NCBI GenBank assembly: GCA_947625295.1
Contig: CANQNU010000004.1
Span: 1-45,232, forward strand
Origin: an uncultured Clostridia bacterium
GTDB lineage: Bacteria > Bacillota > Clostridia > TANB77 > CAG-508
DNA: 45,232 bases
Direction: 5' to 3'
Position numbers and translations under genes: made by a program. This document shows, piece after piece, positions 39,869-45,232 of this stretch (its first letter is position 1; every line of letters starts with the position of its first letter). The notes under the pieces were generated by a model, which was not told the origin of the DNA, did not search any database, and was given only the letters and a program-made list of their open reading frames with translations.

Positions 39869-40879
39869 TTATTTTTCATTCAAAATTTGCTTAATTACCT
39901 CTGCTCTTTTTATATCTCGTTCAATTGCCTCATATTGACTACCTAAATATTTTTGAAGATTTGCAGGCTTTGTATATAAATACAATTTTTGAACTTTCAA
40001 ATCTGTTAACTCTTGTAAAATACCTAAATCTGTACCTAACTTAATATTAGACAATAAATCTCTTGCTTCTTCTGAAGATATCTTTCTACAATTTGTTAAA
40101 ATGCCATAACTTCTATATATGATGTCTTCTAACTCTAATTCATCTTTTGCAAGCAACTTTCTTGCTTGTCTTTCTTGTTCCATAATTTTTTCTACAATTA
40201 CATTTAAATTTTTTATAATTTCTTTTTCTGAAACTCCTAATGTTTGTTGATTTGATATTTGATACATATCACCTGAACCTTCTGTATTTTCTCCATAAAC
40301 TCCTCTAATATTTACACCAAAATTATTAATTGCTTCTAACACTCTTCTTGTATTCTTTGTTTTAGATAAAGCAGGTAAATGCACCATAACAGAAGCTCTA
40401 AGTCCTGTTCCTACATTGCTTGGACAACTTGTTAAATAACCATATTTTTTATTTATTGCATATCCTAATGTTTCTCCTATTCTCTCGTCTATTTCAATAG
40501 CTAAATTTAATGTGTTTTCTAAATCTAATCCACAATTGAATACTTGTATTCTTAAATGATCTTCTTCTCCTATCATAATACAAATATTTTCTTCATCATT
40601 TATTAAAATACTTCCTGTTTCATTTCTTTTTAAAACAAAATTTGGACTTAATAAATGTTTTTCTACTAAACTCATTTTTGTGATATCATCCATATCTTTT
40701 AATTTAAAGAATTTTAGCCCATATCCAATTTGATACAAATTATCTTGAATAAATTTTTCTAATTGCTGTAATTCTTCTTTATTTAGATTAAATTTAAAAT
40801 CATTCAAATTTCTTGCTAATCGAATTCTTGTACTAATTGCTATATCTGAATTATTACTACTTTGTAAATACCAATTCAT
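39869..40879 (-). CDS. mcsB: Protein arginine kinase McsB
   Basis: 'STRIRLARN', 'EEDHLRIQ', 'CPSNVGTGLRAS'. Confidence 0.95.
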   Translation of the reverse strand: MNWYLQSSNNSDIAISTRIRLARNLNDFKFNLNKEELQQLEKFIQDNLYQIGYGLKFFKLKDMDDITKMSLVEKHLLSPNFVLKRNETGSILINDEENICIMIGEEDHLRIQVFNCGLDLENTLNLAIEIDERIGETLGYAINKKYGYLTSCPSNVGTGLRASVMVHLPALSKTKNTRRVLEAINNFGVNIRGVYGENTEGSGDMYQISNQQTLGVSEKEIIKNLNVIVEKIMEQERQARKLLAKDELELEDIIYRSYGILTNCRKISSEEARDLLSNIKLGTDLGILQELTDLKVQKLYLYTKPANLQKYLGSQYEAIERDIKRAEVIKQILNEK

Positions 40880-40941
40880 TTTTTCACTCCCTCTATTTTA
40901 TTAATATTAAAATTATTTTTATAATCTATCTGCTATAAATA

Positions 40942-41499
40942 TTATTTTTTATCTTCTAATTCTTTTATTTCATCTCTTATTTTAGCTGCATCTTCATATC
41001 TTTCTTCTTTAATTGCTTGTTTTAGGTCTTCTTGTAATTTATCTATTTTAGATATTTCTTTTTGATTTGTATTTTTTTCTTTATTATTATCATTGATTTT
41101 CTTTTCTATATTATTATCCATGATTTTTCCTATTCTTCCAGTATGTCTGTTGCTACCTTGAATCTTTTTAATAATTGGATCTAATCTTTCTTCAAATACA
41201 TTATAACAGTTTCCACAACCTAATTTTCCTGTATTTACTATGTCTTCAAAAGTATACCCACAATTATCACATTTTAATGTTTTAACTTCATCAAATAATG
41301 GCATAAAATCGTTTGTTTCAAAATCTTCTAATAGGCCTCCGAAAAAACTTGAAAAGTCAATTGGCATACTAAAGTCCATTTTTCCAATTCCTAACTTTTC
41401 ACTACACTCTTCACATAAGTGCATTTCTTTTTTTCTTCCATTTATATTTTCTGAATATTTTACATTTGCTTCTCTTTTTCCACAATTATCACACAACAT
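40942..41499 (-). CDS. mcsA: McsA activator (CXXC motifs and UVR domain)
   Basis: Four CXXC motifs; 'EERYEDAAKIRD'. Confidence 0.94.
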   Translation of the reverse strand: MLCDNCGKREANVKYSENINGRKKEMHLCEECSEKLGIGKMDFSMPIDFSSFFGGLLEDFETNDFMPLFDEVKTLKCDNCGYTFEDIVNTGKLGCGNCYNVFEERLDPIIKKIQGSNRHTGRIGKIMDNNIEKKINDNNKEKNTNQKEISKIDKLQEDLKQAIKEERYEDAAKIRDEIKELEDKK

Positions 41500-41557
41500 A
41501 TTAATTCCTCCAATCTAATTTATTATTTTATATTAATATTTTCAAAATTAATTATTT

Positions 41558-42004
41558 CTAGTCTATGTTAAGTAGCATATTTTTAAAAATTCTTGCTCTT
41601 AATTCATCTTTTAAATCTTTAGCAATATTAAGTACATTATCACTTGTTGCTACTTTTAAAAGTTTTGCTTCTTTTTCTGTAATAATATTATATGTTAGAA
41701 AGTCACTAATTAAAATATCTACTTCATTAGATGTTAATTCTTTTTCTATATTATTTATAATATGCATTATATAATCTTCTTTTGTATTAGTTACTTTCTT
41801 AATTAATATATGTCCTCCACCACCACGCTTACTTTCTACATAATAGCCTTGTGAAGGTTTAAATCTTGTTGCTATTACATAATTAATTTGTGATGGTACA
41901 CAATTAAAGTGTTCTGCTAGCTCATTTCTTTGTATTTCTATTTGTTCACTTTCTTCGTCAAACAAATCTTTAATAAATTCTTCAATTACATCTGATATTC
42001 TCAC
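41558..42004 (-). CDS. ctsR: Class III heat-shock repressor CtsR
   Basis: 'ISDVIE', 'FNCVPSQINYV', 'ESKRGGGG'. Confidence 0.96.
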   Translation of the reverse strand: MRISDVIEEFIKDLFDEESEQIEIQRNELAEHFNCVPSQINYVIATRFKPSQGYYVESKRGGGGHILIKKVTNTKEDYIMHIINNIEKELTSNEVDILISDFLTYNIITEKEAKLLKVATSDNVLNIAKDLKDELRARIFKNMLLNID

Positions 42005-42026
42005 TTAATCGCCTCCTTTTTATTTC

Positions 42027-42120
42027 TTGACTTTGACTTTCTTTGACTTTAATAATATTATAAAAATATCTCTTTTATTTTTCAAACTTATTTTTTTATC
42101 TTTTTCGACCTTCTTTGACC
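42027..42120 (-). promoter_or_regulatory. ctsR operon SigA promoter flanked by CtsR boxes
   Basis: Minus strand TTGAAA (42085-42080), 17 nt, TATAAT (42062-42057); AGTCAAA-GAA-AGTCAAA at 42048-42032; GGTCAAA-GAA-GGTCGAA at 42120-42104. Confidence 0.85.
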
Positions 42121-42168
42121 TATAATTTTTATTTTTTTATATTTTTCTCCTTCTTTTTTATTTTTTCT

Positions 42169-42351
42169 CTATTTTTCTTTCTTTTTTGTTATATTTTGTA
42201 ACTCTTCTACTTTTTCTTTTTGTTGTGGTAATGATACCCACGCAAAATATGAAGAAACAAACTCTCCATATTTTGTTGCATCTTCCCCTACTTCTGCAAC
42301 TCCATGCTCTATTTGTTTTTCTTTATTATAATTTTCTATTTTTTTATCCAT
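42169..42351 (-). CDS. Small hypothetical protein (60 aa)
   Basis: AGAGGT RBS upstream of ATG; no motif recognised. Confidence 0.55.
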   Translation of the reverse strand: MDKKIENYNKEKQIEHGVAEVGEDATKYGEFVSSYFAWVSLPQQKEKVEELQNITKKKEK

Positions 42352-42524
42352 AAAAACACATACCTCTTTTCTTTTTATATTATAGGTATGTACTGTTTTC
42401 TTTTATTTTATACATTATTATTAATAATTTTTAATTAAAATTGTTTATTTCTTAGTTATTTTTTTATTTTAAAATTAAAAAGTGACCAAGGAGCGTGTCC
42501 CCCCCTTGATCACCCTTGGTCGTT

Positions 42525-42719
42525 TTAATCATACTCATATATAATTAACATATGATATAATGATAAATCAACCAATACTGATAGTATTAAAGATATTAAG
42601 ATTCTTATCTTAACACCATCAATATATAACTGCAATGAATCAAAAATAAGTGCAGATAATATTGGTAATATTATTACCAATATTACTATAAATAATATTT
42701 TGTGCTGCTTTATGTCCAT
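42525..42719 (-). CDS. Small two-TM hypothetical protein (64 aa)
   Basis: AAGGAGG RBS; two hydrophobic segments. Confidence 0.55.
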   Translation of the reverse strand: MDIKQHKILFIVILVIILPILSALIFDSLQLYIDGVKIRILISLILSVLVDLSLYHMLIIYEYD

Positions 42720-42897
42720 ATGCCTTCCTCCTTTTTAGCAAAAAATTGCTAGGTAATATTATTTTTTTGAGCTTGTAGTTATGTTTATATTTTATCATTT
42801 TAATTACATAAAGTCAAAAATTACATAATTCTCTTTATTTTTCTATTTTTTTATGGTATAATATTAATAGTTGGTAAATAAAGGAGGAATTAGCTTT

Positions 42898-43347
42898 ATG
42901 TGGCAAATATGGCTGATTATTGCAGGAATTTGTTTAATAGCTGAAATTTTTACAGTTGGATTTTTAATATTTTGGTTTTCAATAGGCGCTTTAATTACAA
43001 TGGTCGTTAGTTTCTTTACTTCAAATATAATTATCCAAACTGCTGTATTTATAATTACTTCAACAATTTTGATTTTTGCAACAAAACCATTTGTGACTAA
43101 AATTACTAAAAAAGAAGAAAATGTTAAAACTAATGTATATTCTATTATTGGAAAAAAAGGAATTGTAATTGAAGATATTGATTCTGTTCATTCTAAAGGG
43201 CAAATCAAAGTAGGTGGTGAAATATGGTCAGCTGATTCAAATAGTAATATTATAATACCAAAAGATTCTGAAGTTGAAATATTAGAAATAAAAGGTGTAA
43301 GAGCAATTGTTTCGCCTATTAAATTAGCGTCTAAAATTACAAATTAA
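42898..43347 (+). CDS. NfeD-family protein
   Basis: 'WLIIAG..LIAEI', 'GQIKVGGEIWSA'; adjacent to an SPFH gene; ATG 42898 follows AGGAGG. Confidence 0.9.
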   Translation: MWQIWLIIAGICLIAEIFTVGFLIFWFSIGALITMVVSFFTSNIIIQTAVFIITSTILIFATKPFVTKITKKEENVKTNVYSIIGKKGIVIEDIDSVHSKGQIKVGGEIWSADSNSNIIIPKDSEVEILEIKGVRAIVSPIKLASKITN

Positions 43348-43447
43348 GTTAATTGCATAAAATCAACTTCAAATAACTTATTTATATTATTTATCATAAT
43401 GTAATAAAATTTTAAATATATAAAAATTTTTATAAGGAGGTAAAATT

Positions 43448-44374
43448 ATGGCATTTTTATTAATCTTATTAGTTATTATTTTAATAATAGCATTTATGTC
43501 TATCAAAATAGTTAGACAATCTGAGGTGTACATTATAGAAAGGTTAGGTAAATTTTATAAAGTTGCAGATGCAGGTCTTACAATTATAATTCCATTTTTA
43601 GATCATGTAAGAAGTGTTGTAAGCTTAAAGCAACAAACAATGGATGTTCCACCTCAAGGAGTTATTACAAAAGATAATGTTACAATAACAATAGATACAG
43701 TTGTTTTCTATCAAATAACTGATCCAGCTAAAGCAGTTTATGAAATTCAAAGTTTAAAGAAAGGTATCGAATATTTAGCAATTACAACAATTCGTGATAT
43801 TATTGGTAAAATGGACTTAGACCAAACATTTAGTTCAAGAGATGGTATTAATAATCAATTAAGAGTTGTATTAGATGAAGCAACAGACAAATGGGGATGT
43901 AAAATCGATAGAGTAGAAATTAAAGATATTACACCACCTGCTGATATTAGAGATGCAATGGAAAAAGAAATGAATGCAGAAAGAAATAAAAGAGCTTTAA
44001 TTCTTGAATCTGAAGCACAAAAACAATCTGCTGTTACAATTGCTGAAGGTAAAAAACAAGCAGCTATCTTAGAAGCAGAAGCAGATAAAGAAGCTAGAAT
44101 AAGAAGAGCTGCTGGTGAAGCACAAGCTATCAAAGAAGTAGCTGAAGCTAAGGCAAAAGAAATTCAAATGGTTTATGATGCAATGAAACAAGCTGATCCT
44201 AATGATAAATTAGTACAATTAAAATCCTTAGAAGCACTTGAAGAAGTTGCTAAAGGTGATGCAAACAAAGTATTTATTCCTTTTGAAGCAACAAGTGCAT
44301 TAAGTTCTTTAGGAGCTATGAAAGAAGTTTTAGTAGATAATAAAAAATCTTCTAAAAAACAAAATCAAGAATAA
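43448..44374 (+). CDS. SPFH/Band 7 (stomatin-like) protein
   Basis: 'IIERLGKF', 'VITKDNV', 'WGCKIDRVEIKDITPP', AE-rich coiled coil. Confidence 0.94.
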   Translation: MAFLLILLVIILIIAFMSIKIVRQSEVYIIERLGKFYKVADAGLTIIIPFLDHVRSVVSLKQQTMDVPPQGVITKDNVTITIDTVVFYQITDPAKAVYEIQSLKKGIEYLAITTIRDIIGKMDLDQTFSSRDGINNQLRVVLDEATDKWGCKIDRVEIKDITPPADIRDAMEKEMNAERNKRALILESEAQKQSAVTIAEGKKQAAILEAEADKEARIRRAAGEAQAIKEVAEAKAKEIQMVYDAMKQADPNDKLVQLKSLEALEEVAKGDANKVFIPFEATSALSSLGAMKEVLVDNKKSSKKQNQE

Positions 44375-44391
44375 TTAAGTTATACATATAT

Positions 44392-44429
44392 AATAACAGA
44401 TATTAAGATAAATCTTAATATCTGTTATT
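44392..44429. terminator. Bidirectional terminator
   Basis: 18-bp perfect inverted repeat AATAACAGATATTAAGAT/ATCTTAATATCTGTTATT. Confidence 0.7.
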
Positions 44430-44509
44430 TTTATATTTTTAAAAATCTATTATAAATATATCATAAAATTATTCTCTTTTTACATACAATATAGTTCGTA
44501 AATTATATA

Positions 44510-45016
44510 TTAATATGTATTTTTTCCTTCTAGTAATTCATCATTTTTTATCCATTCTTCAATATCTACTTTAGTATATTCTTCTTTATTTTTTCTGATT
44601 ATTATTTCTTTAATTCCTGCATTAATAATCATCTTTCTGCACATTTGACAAGAATTTGCTCCTGGTTCATATTCGTTTGTATCTACTCTTTTTCCTACTA
44701 AATACATTGTAGAACCAATCATATCTCTTCTTGCAACACTAAGCATTGCATTTTGTTCTGCATGCACAGATCTACAAGCATCATATCCTCCATGATGTAT
44801 TTCTGGAAATTTTTCTTTTTTAGTGCAATATCCTAAATCTATACAATTTTTTCTTCCTCTTGGCGCTCCTGTATATCCTGTTGATATTATTTCGTCATTT
44901 TTTACTATAATACATCCAAAATTTTTTCTTAGGCATGTTCCTCTTTCAGAAATTGCTTCTGCTATGTTTAAGTAATAGTTTATTTTATCAATTCTTTTAC
45001 TCATTTTTACCATCAT
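44510..45016 (-). CDS. dCMP/cytidine deaminase family protein
   Basis: 'HAEQNA', 'SCQMC', 'ISTGYTGAPRG'. The start may be ATG 45004. Confidence 0.9.
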   Translation of the reverse strand: MMVKMSKRIDKINYYLNIAEAISERGTCLRKNFGCIIVKNDEIISTGYTGAPRGRKNCIDLGYCTKKEKFPEIHHGGYDACRSVHAEQNAMLSVARRDMIGSTMYLVGKRVDTNEYEPGANSCQMCRKMIINAGIKEIIIRKNKEEYTKVDIEEWIKNDELLEGKNTY

Positions 45017-45168
45017 TCCTTGCTATATTTAATTTTATATATTTATTATATTACACTAAATTCTATTTTTAAAGCTCATTTTTTTATTTTATATTTACAT
45101 ATTAAAAAGCATATGAATTTTACTTTGCTTAGTATCATTTCATATACTTTTTTATTTATATAATATTT

Positions 45169-45232
45169 TTATTTCATAGATTCTTCTACTGCCACTGCTA
45201 CTGCTACTGAAGCACCTACCATTGGATTATTA
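45169..45232 (-). CDS. C-terminal end of a gene entering from the right edge, probably a GGGtGRT protein
   Basis: NNPMVGASVAVAVAVEESMK* resembles the GGGtGRT-family C-terminus. Confidence 0.6.
   Translation of the reverse strand, partial: NNPMVGASVAVAVAVEESMK

Overview
Very AT-rich chromosomal window from a low-GC, probably spore-forming Clostridia-type bacterium. It is mostly housekeeping genes (ireB-ruvX, rimO, rng, pth, spoVG, murC, tig-clpP-clpX, rpmB, spoVM, nth, stp-prkC-rsgA-rpe, mutS2, dxs, ctsR-mcsA-mcsB-clpC). I saw no CRISPR array, rRNA, tRNA or transposase. The main signal is that four unrelated genes (dxs, mutS2, the PP2C phosphatase stp and a hypothetical gene) are each broken by a +1 frameshift at an in-frame CGG codon. 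Skipping the C (C-GGN read as Gly) restores a full-length open frame in all four, and restores conserved Gly motifs in DXS and PP2C. By eye I found only five in-frame CGG codons in the window, and four are these sites. This suggests codon-triggered +1 recoding at CGG, possibly genome-wide, rather than random pseudogenisation, though a sequencing artefact cannot be excluded without reads. Secondary signals are a 965-aa receiver-like/AT-hook/repeat/MinD-like protein cluster, a ~165-235-nt palindromic element between murC and clpX, and several small ORFs missed by the track.
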